This document shows positions 21,100 to 35,041 of a DNA stretch of 64,000 nucleotides, one piece after another. The notes below the pieces were generated by a model that worked only from the letters and a program-made list of their open reading frames with translations, was not told the DNA's origin and ran no database searches. Within the stretch, counting starts at the first letter, position 1, and every line of letters starts with the position of its first letter. This stretch comes from Callorhinchus milii (Eukaryota), in assembly GCF_018977255.1 (NCBI RefSeq), contig NW_024704746.1, positions 33,666,001 through 33,730,000 of the forward strand, read 5' to 3'. The translations under genes and the position numbers were made by a program.

Positions 21100-22750
21100 G
21101 GGGTCTTTAAGGTCCACCCGAACAGGCGAGGAGGGTTTAACGCCTCACCGGGAGAGGACGACAACGCAACATTAGGTGTGTGGCGTTGCTCTGTGACTCC
21201 AAACTGACCTTTTCCAACAGCAGCGCTTCAGGCACCGGGTGTGTTCCAGTCAAAACCGTCCTCCCGGCGAACCACACCATCGCACCTGTTCCACTTCCCT
21301 CAAGTCGTCACCCCAACCCCCCCCCCCACCCACCACACAACAACAACAACAACCATCACTGTAAACCATCAGCAATCTACGCCATGAACCGTCGTCCTGG
21401 TTTGACATCAGTCGCCCTCTGAGAAGCTTTAATGATGGATTTCATGTATCAAGAAGCCGCGGTCACTGCGCTGCGTGACGTAACACCCCCCCCCCTCCCC
21501 ACGCGCGCGCGCGCGCGCCGCGGCCTCCGCTGCAGGGACCGTTGGCCAATAGAACACGGACCCTGGTTTAAACCTCGCCTACACCACTAACCGCAGCGTT
21601 TTGGGGGGCGGGGGGGGGGGTGGGAAAGGGAGAGAGATCAGAAAACAAAACAAAACACTGCTGGCAGTCTGCTGCTGGGATGACCTTATCAGTAAATTTA
21701 TTTATTTACATTCGTATTTAGGTTGGTTCTGCAGGTGTATATCCCGTCCCGGCTGGTTGTCATTTGCTCTCTCTCCCCCCCTCCCTCCCTCTTCTCCGAT
21801 GAGAGTGGTAGATGCGAGCAGCGCGCATGCGCGGTGGTGCGCCTTCTCTCTTTGTTAGTGGGTGAGTGGTGAGTGAGCGCTACGCGGAGTCGGCGTTAGT
21901 GAGCGCAGGTAGAGAGGGCCGCGGGCACCAACACCTCCCTCTCCCTCCCTCCCTCCCCCCCCCCCGAGGCTGTGCATGTGTCCGCCAGCGTGAAGGCCAA
22001 ACCCCGTTTGCACGTCGCCGGGACCGGGGTTTGTTTGTGTTTATATTTTAAACACTCGGCTCAGCCGCGTCACGCCCTCGACCTCCTCCCTCACTCCCTC
22101 ACTCCCTCCCTCCCTCTCTCGCTCCGGATGGATGGGAAGCTGCTGCCGGTCCCTGGCATGACGCTGCCGCCCGAGTATTTCCAGCAATGGTGAGTGAGTG
22201 AGGGAGGGAGAGGGAGGGAGGCAGGAGCCTAGGCCGCGGCAGTTAGTCAGTCAGTCAGGCCTGAGGCCCCACTGCTCTCCTTCTCCAGGAACCTGTGACG
22301 CGTAGATCGTGTTGGGCCTCCCCAGGGCCCGGGCCGGGGCCGGGGCCGGGGGTTCAGTCACTGCCGTAGGTCGACAGCGCTTTCTATCGCTTATTCACTC
22401 CCTCCCTCACTCACTCGCTCTCTCACTCTCTTGTCTTTCCCTTCGTGTGTTTTTTTGTGTGTGTGTGTGTGTATTGGTTTCCAGGCTCGACACCGTCCAG
22501 CAGCACCGAGCCCTGCAACCCCCTCACGAGCAGCGACCGCCGGGGCCCGAGCTCGGCAGCATGGAGGAGGCGACTGCCCCGCCAGACGCACCAGGTGAGA
22601 GTCCTGACGTTTGCGATGGTCTTTCGAGTAAAAGTTGCCGGTGAGCAAACGTCCTGAGCCCAAACGGCACGGACCCGCTTCGCCGCTGGTGACTGACTGA
22701 CTGACTGACTGACTGTTAGCTGTTGCAATGTTCGTCAGTCGGGCGTTTTC
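21100..22750. promoter_or_regulatory. CpG island / bidirectional UQCC6-TDG promoter
   Basis: CpG-rich; TGACGTAA CRE-like site (~21476), CCAAT (21546), NRF1 palindrome GCGCATGCGC (21823-21832). A candidate UQCC6 non-coding exon-1 donor lies on - at ~21148. Confidence 0.75.
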
Positions 22751-25700
22751 CTGGAAAATATGCAGTCAATGAATTCGCTTTTGCAGTATGTTATGTGAAG
22801 CGCTTTGAGACGTCTCGTCGATGTTGATGAGGCGCTTTGTAATGAGCAATAATCCTTGCATTTGACACAGCGCCTCATCACGTCTTCGAGATGTCTCAAC
22901 GCGCTTCACGGAATATAATGTGAAGTGGATTAACTGTATATTTTTTTGTGGGTGAAATGCAAGTGGAAGGGTTGTTATTATCCCTCCGTTGACTTCCCTC
23001 CTATTAAGTGTGAGGTCCAGGCCTGTAAACCTCATTCGTTTCGATTATTGTTCTGTCAGCTTCACACGACAAATTACATTGATATAAAGCCTCGCATGTT
23101 GGCAGCACGTCTCAAAAGGCGTCTCTCTTCTTGCTGGGTACCTGAGCTGGGGGTCGAAGTCGAAGGGGGTGGCGAGGAGAAAGATAACCAAATGCGTGGT
23201 CAAAGAGTTATATTTTGGGCAAGGGAGGGAGCTTTCCACAAGTGGGAAGCCCAAAGCTGAATACAATACCCTCAACTGCAGTCCAACAAGTATTGTATTC
23301 TTATTACAAAACACAAAATACTGCAGATGCAGGAACCTGAAATGAAAACAGAGAGAGCTGGGAAAACTCAGCAGGTCAGGCAGCATCTATGGAGAAAGGA
23401 AAGTGAGTCAACGTTTCGGGTCCACGACCCTTTGTGTTCTGCCGAAGGGGCGTGGACCCGAAACGTTGACTCACTTTCCTTTCTCCATGGATGCTGCCTG
23501 ACCTGCTGAGTTTTCCCAGCTCTCTTTTTGTTTTGTATTCTTATTACTTGAACTTAAATTTCCAGCAGCTTTTCGTTAATGAAAAGCTTAGCTGGGGAAG
23601 TTTATTTTAAAAATTGGTATTTGCCAAATGGACCATCTAAAGAGGCTTTGTTCAACAGTGCCTGTGAATTATTGAGCTTTCTAGTGACTAAAGTTCCAGC
23701 AGACATTTATTTTGAATGGTCACTTTTCATTACTCCTTTGCAGTCTCAATCAACCATTGATGACCCTAGTACATTCTTTGTAAAAGTTGTATGTTTATTA
23801 AGTGTAATTTGTTTTTNCCACCAGTGGCTCCAAAAGCTAAGCGAGGAAGGCCTCCAAAATCACAGCAAAAAAAATCGGCAGGCCCAGGCCCTAAACGAGC
23901 CAAAGCTGAGGGGAAGTCGGGAGGAAAACAAGAAAAAATCACAAATGCTTTTAAAACTGTGAAAAGAAAAGTCAATCGATTCAATGGGACAACAGAGGCT
24001 GAGCTTCTTACCAAAACACTGCCAGATATTTTAACGTACGATTTGGATATTGTAATTGTAAGTTGTGCTCTTCCTTCTGACAAATATAAACAATAAAACT
24101 GTTAAAAAAAATTAACAGAAATTAGTATAATTAGGTTTAGGTATCAGATTCTAACAGCAGCAATTTGAACTTAGCACTATTCACATAGGGAAAATATCTC
24201 AAAGCATGTTTACAACTACAGTGGGAACTGGAAAGGGGGATGTTAGTGCAGTCAAAGGAGAGGTTCCTTTGCCAATTGTCTTAAATCTGTGTCCTCTGGT
24301 TACCGACCCACCTGCCATTCCCACATGTAATAACCAGTGGGAATCCAAAACCTATAACAATAGCCTGAGTTGTCATTTGTCTAAAAGTAGAGCCCTTTAT
24401 AGTTATAGTTGATTTTATAGTGCGTACTGACTGTTGCCTGATGCTTCAGCTTTAATCAATTTCTTTAGTTCATAGTGATTGTCATTGTACTTGAGGGAAT
24501 GTCAATGGCTAATTGTTACCAGTGATATTGATGCTGCAGCATCAGAAGGTTGAACTATGAGCAATGATGACATAAACTAAGCCATTAGTAAAGATTTATT
24601 ATACTTAATCAGGAAAGTTGCTCACAAAGACTGATTTAAGTTAAGAGTTTTTGCTGCTTTTTGGAGGTTGCAACCAAATAGCAGTAATGTTTATGCTGGC
24701 AACTAACACCAATGTTGGCTGTGGCCTGGGAGATAAACTTCTACTTTACATACAGATTGGAATTAATCCTGGACTAATGGCAGCTTACAAAGGACATCAT
24801 TACCCTGGACCAGGGAATCACTTCTGTAAGTTTTTGCATGTGAAATCAAGAATGTGCTATAGGTATCCTTATTGCATGTAGTCTTCTGTCCTAGTATTTA
24901 TTACAAGGGGGGATATTACAGTATAGAAAATCGAACCTTTTATATTAATTGCCGAACATAGGGTTGATGGCATTCAAATCGTAATGCTTTTTTGAAAAAA
25001 AAGACATTTGCTTCTCTGATGGTGAATAAATGTACCAAGTATGTGGTTTTAAATGGGACTGATATGTAGCTGTATTTACCAGGTTTGTTTTGAAATCTGG
25101 TCTGTGCACCAGATCTTAGCCCAGGATAGGTTTAGAAGAGAAGAAATAATACTGACATCAACATTTCTATGGTCCTTATAAGAAAATTTAAAATTTGGTT
25201 TTATACTTATGTGCTTGTTCAGTGGATCCAAGTAGAAACTGGTTTGCTTAATTATTCTTACAATTTGTTGCAAGTTGAAGTTTACAGTACTCACACTTTT
25301 TCTTTTATAGGGAAATGCTTATTTTTGTCAGGTCTTGTTGACAAGCCTTTAAATCATATGGATGATAATTCTTTACCAGAGAAATATGGAATAGGTTTTA
25401 CCAACATGGTGGAGAGAACAACTCCAGGAAGCAAAGATCTTTCAAGGTGATTAATACGATTTGTGCAAAACTAACGTTTTTAGTATCCTATAAAACTGAT
25501 TTTTTTTTAAACCAAAAGCTCTTTTTGTTCCAGTAAAGAGATTCGTGAAGGAGGGAAAATACTTCTGCAAAAACTTCAAAAATTTAAACCGCTGATTGCT
25601 GTTTTTAATGGAAAATGTAAGTAAAAATACAAAATGCTACAGACATTGGTTTTGAGTATTATAATTGAGTGCCTAGATTTATGAAGATTCATTCATGGGT

Positions 25701-28700
25701 GGATTTTTTTTCGAGATAACCAGCATTGCTCCTAACGTACACAAACTGCCACATATTTATAGATATAATCCAGGTATTATCTGAGAAATTTGTTAATTAT
25801 TCCATTAATGCAAATCTAAAGATTCAATAGTATCTAATTGTTTCTCTTTTCCCCTCTTTCTTCCTCACACCCCCTGGTCTCCCAGGTGCTGTTGTCCACC
25901 TGTTACTCTTGAAGTTGCTTTCAATAGACCTGCAAAAGCAAAGCACTATTTAATACTTTAGTTCTTTTGTCTTTAACCCCTTCCTCCATGTGTCTTGCTT
26001 CTTTTCAATTCTTAGATAGAATTATACTCACAAATTCAATTTGAATTTCACTAATTGATTTTGCAATATTATGCATACAATGGGAAATTGTAGCTGTTTA
26101 TGTACAATGCAAAAGTTGAGCATATCCAAAAGTAAGGAGTATTTTCATGGTGTTTGGAGTTTGTTTCTCAAAACTATCATTCACAATTGCTGGATGTATA
26201 AGTGACCTTTAATGGCAAAAAACTACAGTGATAATTATTAGTTGAGGAATCGGGGGATCTTCTATCCTGATAACTTTGTAATCTATATTACTTTTCCTAA
26301 TTACCTGTTTTAGGCATTTATGAAAATTTTAGCAAAGAAGTATTTGGAGTTAAGGTCAAAAAATTGGATTTTGGGCAGCAGCCGCACAAGATCCCTGAAG
26401 GAGAAACAGTAAGTAACAAACGGTTAAACTTATTTACTTACTAAGTATATAACCAATATCAGTTGTCAAACGAATGTAAATTTCCCACCATCCACTTAAA
26501 AAGAATCTTTTGACTCTGCATCTGTTACATAACCTACAGCAAAATCCATTGCTTTATTCGAGTATTCCAATGACTGGATAAATTTCTCTAGAGATTACCA
26601 ATATTTTGTGATCGCGGTCCTTATCTTGTATTTAGCCATAGTGTTCTTAAATTGCAAGCATTGCCTTTTAGCTTATTCCCAATTCAGTTCAGAGTATTTC
26701 AATTTCTTATTTTGTAGTATCCTTCACTAAAACATGAGTTATATTGGACTTCAATCTTCATTTTGCCAGATTCCTATCGATATCTAGGGTCTCTTATGCC
26801 TTGGTCTCTGCCAGCCCACGCTTGTGTTCTTCAGGTATAGCAGGGTGTGTGCCCCCCTTTCCCAGGAAGAAATCAAACACTTCATAACTGGCAAACACAA
26901 ACTACTTCTGTGAGTTCTCGGTAGGTGGAACTGGAGACTTTGAGCACGTTTCTTTATTGTAATCCAGTTGCTTTATCAAGGCATAATAAGGATGTTGGAA
27001 AAAATGTTCACTGGATATGGTTTTTGGAGAGAATGCATAAAATAGATATGAGTGAATCCTGTAGTGAAATGGTTGTGAATAATTTAGCCTTAGGAAGTTA
27101 TGAGGCTGAAATAAAGAACTTCAAACAGTTCTGAAGTAGAAAAATCCATGCATTAAAATTGGTGCTGGATTGATTCTTCCATTTACATGGAAACTGAAAC
27201 TAATAATCCTGATTTGTTCTAGTGCTTAATGTCAAAACAAACTTAAGATGCTAAAATGCCCCTCACCAACAAATTACATCAAAACTGTCAAACTTTTTAT
27301 GGTTTATTTAAAACAAAATCTGATTTTTTACAATCTCAAAGTACATAATCATGGTTCATGAGTTCAGGGTTGGAAAATGAAGTATTGGGTAAATATGAGG
27401 ATGTAGTTCTTTACACAGAGTAATCAACAACTGGGTTACTGGAAAGAGTGCCTGAAGCTCAGGCACACCCCATTTAAGAAACTGGTGATGCTGCAATTGA
27501 AAGATGGATGGGATGATATTCTGGATGCATATGTTCTAATAAGCTATAGGGCCTTCTCTGTCTAATCTTGTAAAGTACATTTGGGAAGTTGCTGATAGTC
27601 AACAACTCCATCTTTAAAGTTTTGACAATGGTTAGTTCCAACTCATCTATCATGAGTTTTATCCAGATTGATTTGTTTTTTCTGACCACAAGATGGCATC
27701 TTCAACTACTGACTTCATTTTCAGCCATTCTAAGAATTTGTTGACAAACTTTAAGTCATGCTTGCAATAGAATGTCAGAATTGAGTCATCCTTGTGTGGT
27801 GTTCTCAGTAGTCCGGTACCTAAGCAAAGGAGGTCTACAATACTCCAAGGCACTCTGATGACAACTAGATGTGCAAATTCTTCCTACTCAGTTCCTGTTA
27901 ACCCAGCAAACCAAAGTCCAAATGGGTAGAGTGATCCTAACTGGACAAAGCAGGAATACAATTTCTGGAGGGGTCTTATCTGCCTGTTCAGGTGGATGTT
28001 AAAGATCCCATGACATTGTTCAAAAAGAAGGGAATTTCTCCAAGTGTCCTGACTAACCAATCCCCCAAATAAAATTGGTCATTCATTTAATGCTAATTGT
28101 GGGTCACTGCTGTGCACAAATTGGCTGTCCCATTGGCCCACAAACACATAGTCTCTTCACTTCACAGTTTATCCTCTGAAGCTATTTGGGCATTTGGTAT
28201 AGTGAAGAGCACTACAAAATGCCAAGGATTACTACCACTTCCTAGAATTGGGAAGGCAGGGTGTGTCCCTCCAGGGAGAGAATAGACATTCCATTGCAGA
28301 TGCAGGGAGACGTAGCGTGCATATTGGCACTCTTCCTAATTTGGATACTTTAAAGCATGGTGATGGGTTTCTGCACCTGTCTGATCCCCCCCAAAAAATC
28401 CATGGTCTTGTATACCTCTCCTGATCATTCTGGTGCATTTTTTNCTATTAGTACCATATTTAATCTTCCTTCTGCTTGTAATAACTTTCCCTCCCATTTA
28501 TTCAATGAGATCTTTTCAACCTGTACGTCATGTCACAATCTTTCATTTCAAGGTGGTCTTTGTCATGCCTTCTTCTAGTGCACGATGTGCACAGTTTCCC
28601 CGAGCCCAGGACAAGGTACATTACTATATCAAATTAAAGGAATTGCGGAATCACTTGAGAGGCGTTAAAGCTCACACAGAGGTGCAAGAAGTTGAATATT

Positions 28701-30701
28701 CATTTGATCTGAAAAAAGCTCAAGGTGGGTAGTCTCAAGTTAATTCCCTTCCATTTCAAGCTTGTTTGAATTGTAAAGGGGAGGGGAACGATTACCCACA
28801 GCTTTATTTTCCACTTTCACGTTGGATAGGAAAATGTACTATTTTCCATAATTTCTTTTAGTGGAAAAATAACTATGGTTTAATCCTTATACAAATAGTT
28901 CTGACGACTACATTTTGGCCGTTCACAGATTCTAATTCGTTAATTTTCACTCTTAGCTCTTAGAAATATGTGTGATTGCTGAATTAAATGTTGATTCGAG
29001 CCTGTTTGGCTGCCGCACTTTTAGAAACCATTCTCAATGGTGAGTTAGGAAAGTAAAACTATAGCCGCAACATCAATGATTAAAATATCCGCAAGTCAGT
29101 CTTGTCAACGTGGATGGGTGCCTTTTGTTTTGGCTGAGATAAAAGTAGTTTGTTTACCAGTGAACTGTGCCATCTTGGTTTGTTTTAAGTGTCTAATGGG
29201 GATTGTTTTAAAAGCTATTTCATTATATAAAGTGCCTTTATGTTAATCGACTTTTAATTTTCCATTCCCCTCAGAGGATGCCAAAAGGATGGCAGTCAAG
29301 AGGAAAAATATGATCCTGGTTATGAAGCTGCTTATGGAGGCAAATATCTTGACAAATCCAATGAGAGTAATGGCCAGTGTAATTTCTCAACAACTGACCC
29401 AGGTAAAAAAAAACTTCTTGTCCAGGTAGAAGCGTTCCTATTCTTGCATAATATATGCCAATTATTTGTTCATATTATGTTCTTAGTGTGATTAGAAGCC
29501 AGTTATCACTATATTTAAAAAAAAAGCTCAGAAAGTCATGGTAACTTGGATAGCTACTACTGCTTTACCAGGCTCAGACTTTAAATCGTACCAATCAAGG
29601 AGGCTGTGGTTAACAAATACAGGAGAGGTTTGCCTTCAAAAAAAGTTCAAATCTTCCATTTAACTTTTTGTTTAAAATGAGTTGGTCTATTGTGGTATAA
29701 ACTGAAATTGCATTAATAGACAATAAGTTTAAATTTAGCCTACAAATATACAATCAAATCTCTTTACAGTATATTCTGTGAAGTGCTTCGAGATGTCTAG
29801 AAGACTTGAAACGCACTAACAAATGCAAGGATTATTATTATTAAGTCATATACTTATAATTGATCTAAAAAGAAATAGTGTACAGTTGAATTAATGTATT
29901 TTAATCATTAGATGTATGATATACAGATTATATTATGGAGCCTTTTTGGATGTGATTGTATAATGTATCCTTCAACCCATGAACATTTGGAATGGGTAGA
30001 ATTTTTATGTATCCAATTGTATTCTTTCTAAGGATTTTGTAAATAAAAAGAGTATGATAGTTAACTCTTAGTGAGATTACATGCATTGATTTACCTCTAT
30101 TAATCAATCCTACAATCAAATTACCATTAAGATATTACTTTCACCTGAATTGTACAAAATTGTCAGCAATGGAGTTTGGTTTTACCTCTTGGTCTGTTTA
30201 CGGTGACCTTTTCCCTCGCTGAATGTCCAGCACCATCCTTCAAACTATATCCTGCATGAAAGGCACTGTGTAATTTCAAGGTGTTGTAGATTTCCTTTCA
30301 AAATTCTAGTTTCTTTCACCAAAGAGTGGCTAATATGTTTCAATGAATATATAGTTTGCACATGGTAGTATACAAAACTTGTGAGGGAGTGCACATTTGG
30401 CATTCAAAATGTTTCTCCATGTATTTGTGGGCACATACTGTAAATATCTGGCATAAAATTCCACATTTACATCTGACACTAATGTTTTTAAAAATGTGTA
30501 CTTCTGTTTGGAAAATAACACCAGAATAATTGAACTAAACTGATTTTTTTTTCTTTCTCAGCCGCAGCCACTAATTCAGAGTTCAGTGCTGGCTCAACAT
30601 TTTGCCAGGTTCCTGATGGACAATGGATGACTCAGTGTTTTGCAGATCAGATTCCCTCAATCAATTACTCTGCACAACCGCAAGCCGAAAATAGTACATA
30701 A
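22128..30701 (+). CDS. TDG: G/T mismatch-specific thymine DNA glycosylase, 10 exons (apparent 1-nt deletion in exon 9)
   Basis: Exons 22128-22189, 22485-22594, 23825-24057, 24756-24825, 25311-25446, 25534-25616, 26314-26408, 28553-28724, 29275-29402, 30562-30701. Motifs [90 protein letters not shown]. Total is 1229 nt, one short of a whole number of codons. Confidence 0.96.
22760..22960. mobile_element. Tail-to-tail inverted SINE tails in TDG intron 2
   Basis: tgtgaagcgctttgagacgtctcg followed by aataatccttgcatttgacacagcgcc...gatgtctcaacgcgcttcac. Confidence 0.6.
23306..23535. mobile_element. Penelope-type fold-back (inverted-repeat) element with flanking direct repeat
   Basis: ~80 bp near-perfect inverted arms (gagagctgggaaaactcagcaggtcaggcagcatc...cgtttcgggtccacg / cgtggacccgaaacg...gctgagttttcccagctctct), flanked on both sides by ttgtattcttattac. 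Confidence 0.75.
27975..28230 (+). mobile_element. Deu-core SINE fragment
   Basis: tgcctgttcaggtggatgttaaagatcccatgacattgttc resembles the DeuSINE core and is followed by an L2-type tail. Confidence 0.6.
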
Positions 30702-31529
30702 TGTGTTTACAACTTTGTAGAACTGTGTTTTCATGCAGTCTTAAAGTATTGTACCTCAGTTTCTGAACTGAAGCAATTTATGTGATAGCTTTTTTTGATA
30801 TGTTTTAATTGTAGAATTGTGTAAAGATAATTATGTAGTAGAGTTCAGAAAGTTTTGAGTTCTGAAACTTTTAGAATGAAACCATGTCAAATATTTATAG
30901 GTCTTTTTTGGAGGGCGTTGGCAGGAATAGGTTTTTTTGTTTCAAACAAATTTTATACTCTGGTCAGGTGCTTATCTTATTCCTGTAATTTTGGAAGTTA
31001 ATTGGATTGCAGTTTTTTAAGAGCTAATTTTCGTAATAAGACATGCTTTCCGCTTAAGTACCTGTATTTATTATTGTAGGAGGGATATGCAGATATCATT
31101 TGCCATTGGGTCCAGTGACGGTATATAGACCCGGCCACTGCCTTTTATAGTTATTGGTGCTCGATCTACATGTAAATGAGAGTATTGTTTTTCTTTTTAT
31201 GTGAGTCACAGAGCAAAAGTTGTAATTCTGCATCTGGATACTGATATCATATGTAGGAGGGCAAAGGTCACTCCTGGAAAACAAAACTTGCACAACGGTT
31301 TTAACAATAAAAATGGAAGGGTTTATTTTGAAAAGGGAATTTTTTAAAAAATATATTTACCAGTTGAAAATTATTTCACTTTCCTCATGAAAATCCACAC
31401 CATTTCTGTTACTCGCTGTGCTGCCTTGGAGATTGATACGAGGCAACCTCCATATCTTCCTCACTGACCTCCTCTCCTGAAAGCAGAGTCTGAACCTTCC
31501 TCTGAAGTTTCATATGATGTTGACTTGTT

Positions 31530-31890
31530 GGGTCCCCCTACCTACCTGCCTGTACCCTCCATTCTTCTGGCTCCGGTCTGCTCCACATCCCCCGCCCCAA
31601 CCGCCCCACCATCGGTGGCCGGGCCTTCAGCCTCTCAGCCCCTAGGCTCTGGAATTCCATCCCTCAGTGCCTTCGCCGCTTCCTCCCTTTCCTCCAAGGC
31701 CAGTCTCAAGACCTTTCTCTTTTACCGTGCCTTCAGCTTCCCTCTCGACTCTCTACCCCCCCCCCCACCTTCGCTCCCTCCCTTCGCTCCCCTCACCCTG
31801 ACCATTTCCCCCCTGCTCGGGTCCTGAAACAACTATCCAGCGCCTTGGGACGTTCTCCCGATGTGAAAGGCGCTCTATAAATGGAATCTT
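31530..31890 (+). mobile_element. L2 LINE 3' end
   Basis: catcggtggccgggccttcagc...ctctggaattcc...ctcaagacctttctctt...gcgccttgggacgttc...gtgaaaggcgctctataaat. Confidence 0.75.
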
Positions 31891-34800
31891 ATTGTTAGTC
31901 ACCTCCCCAGGTTTCAGTTCTTCCATCCCCAGCCGCTCTTCCTCCTTCTGCTGCTACTGTGGTTTCTTCCCCTCTTGTTGCAGCATTTTCTGTGGGACCG
32001 TCTGTTTTGCCCCTGTCATCTCCTGCCTCCCCTGGACCGTTGCTGCCTGCATATCTGCTCCCCACAGTGGCTTTCCCATTCTTTACATTATCTTTCTGCC
32101 TTTTCTCTGCTGCTTTCTCACCACAGCAGCTTTCTCTCTTTCCTCCGCCATCTACTCTGTTTTCTCTCGACAGACTGCACTTGGGTTTCCCTAAACCATG
32201 AGAAACCCAGCCCTTTCTCTGGCCTCCTTGGGGGCCTGGCCTGATTAAAATTCCCCTCGCTCAGTCTTTGCTCTTGTAAAAAGTACTGACTCAAAATATG
32301 ACCATAATCTCTCACTCAAGAAATCCGTGCCTCAGTCGTCTCCAGACTCTTTAGTTCTCACCAGCTTTATACTGATGCTCAAAACTTGGTGTCAAATTAT
32401 TGTTTAGGGCTGTAAACTCAAAACCAGCCAGCCCTTGTCAGCTCCCTTGATTATGGCACCATTTTACCAAGTTGCACAATAAAAAAACAATGCATTTTAC
32501 ATGTAGGTTGAGCGCCAAGAACGATGATAAGCAGTGATTGCGTTTATCCCCTGTCACAATTGTCATGAGCCCAATAAAGATTGGATTAAATCTCATTGAA
32601 ATAGGAGTAGTAAGGGTGAGCTGAAAAAAGAAAAATTGTATCAACGTACTTTGCAGTAAGTGTAGCAATGACTAATGTGGAGGATTGTTGGTAGCTGCAA
32701 TAATTTGTTTTGAAAAAGGACATCATTGGGATCACTGAATGGGTAAAAATAGCGTAGAAAATACATCGACCAATACGATCCCAAAGTTTAGTTTCTGGTT
32801 TGTGCTGAATTAACTTGACTTAGTTGGTAGCAGGCTTGCTTTACAACAATTTACTTTTATTTTCAATTATAATAGCAAGCTCAGTGCTGTGCGTATTAGC
32901 ATTTTTATCATTTGCTCCGGTAGTGGTTTCAGTAAAACCTTTAGTATGCAGCATATAATTTACTATGATTATTTTATTGTGAAAGACAGAACTAGTTTGT
33001 GAATGCAAGTCTGTTCATGAAAATTTCATGAACACAACAACATCAGAGGAGTTTCAGTTCTTAGTTTAGTTTTTGCATAATGTGCTCTTTTTCCCACTCA
33101 GAGATGACTGAAGTCTTGTAGAGCCGTTTTGCTCTTATTGATAACTTCCAACTTTTGTTACGTCTTACTAAAGGACCAGAATGGTGCTGCAATGTTGAAA
33201 AATAGTACAATGCCAGAGATGATGGTGTTTGAGTACATTTCTCTTAGCAGAAATTATATTCATATGGCTTAAAAACAATTGGCTTTGCTGCAAGAAACTG
33301 AGCCAGAGAATCTAATTTCTTCAGTACATCTGTGTAGATTCTCTGGCCTCATTAATAGCATTTGTATCTGGCACATTTCAACTATCTTGTAAAGTTTTAC
33401 ATTTTATTTGTATGAAGTATTCAATTTTTAAGTGGGTTTGAAGCATTTTTGCTTTTGTGCCTGAAAGATGGTTCATTCAGATTATTTAAAGCAAATTATG
33501 TGGAAGATGTTATTTTTAAGTAAAACATCTACAATTGTAGTTCATACTGTATACAACTATTTCTCCTTCCCAACTAACTAAGTAACAGAAGTGTTTTTAA
33601 ACTTCTGGTAAGAAGTTGACTATATGAAAAGCATTACTATATAAAAACAGATCCAAGTTATTTCTATGGGTCTTTGCACTTAAGAACTTAAACTGGGAAA
33701 AGTGTAACTTGCTGTAAAATCTTTTACTCTTAATTATGACATCCTACTTTGTGATTGCCTTACAGATGAAACTATTTTAATTAACTAGTGTATGTATTGT
33801 CTTCAATAATTTTGTAGTACTGTATGTCTTTAGTCACTTCAAGCTGTTGCACACACAATACGTTTCAGGGTTGAGAGTATTTTGCATGAACTGATAATTT
33901 GAGATGGGGATATCCAAGTAAATTCACAATTAAATGTACTCATACTTGAAGATAGGTGGGTAGCTCCTGGAATCTTTGAAATTCTATAATGTTTTTGTTT
34001 ACTGTCTAAGGACCAAATCTGCACAGTCTTCTTGCAGAAGAGCTGGTTCTGATATCTGGAGGGGGGAACTCAATAAAATTTACGACATTCTTTTAACTTG
34101 TGATTGAAGTTTGTGTTTTACAGTGAGATTAATGTTTTTTTNAAAATCTTTAAATAGTTAAATGAGATCTAAGAATTAAGGCATTCATTCTTGAAAGGTT
34201 ATATCCAATAGTGGTTGCACAATTACACAAGATGTACTGCAAAGTGGTGTGACTGTATTTTGTGGGCAAACACAATCGCCAGTGTGCGCATAACATTGTC
34301 CCACGAACAGCCATGGAGTACGTATTTTCCTTTCCCAAATTGTTTGCCTCTTCTCTATATTAAAGGTTTTGCATTCTTTAATGTATGCTAAGTGGTCACA
34401 AATGGATGTTACAAATTATGCTCTATACAACCTATTAAGGTTGTATTAAGGTTCTATTAAGGTATTTAGCCCTATTTATGTAAAATAATATAATGGTGGA
34501 CACCAAGCAAAAAGTAGAGAAAATATATAGGTGACCCACAGCATAGTTGAAGAACTTCATCTTTAGAAAACATTTTTTAAAGCAGAGGGCTGTGTATATT
34601 CATTCCACTACATTTTATATAATTCAAAATATTGGAAAGTAGTCATTCAGACTCTTTGCATTTCATTACTTTTTATACGTTCTAACTGAAATACACTATT
34701 GTGCAAATAGTCATGTGCAGAAAATTGCAAATGTAATTTGTTCTAGTCATCTGATTTTGTTTTTGCAGAAGTTGAAAAAATCCCGTGCTGAAAACAGTGA

Positions 34801-35041
34801 AGATTTATTGTAGTTGTCAGAATGAATTATTTTCTGATGCAGAATGCTTTGACAGAAGTCATGTCTTTGCTTAATCCATTACTTTTTTGTCTGTTAAATT
34901 TGACACTATAAAAAAACAAGATGGCAAAAAAATGTACATTACAGATATCAACAGCATTATTTTAGCTGCATCACACCAATAAAGCGTGTTGAATTTGAAG
35001 AATATATGAAGTCTTCCAAACCTAGGTTTATACTGTGAGTG

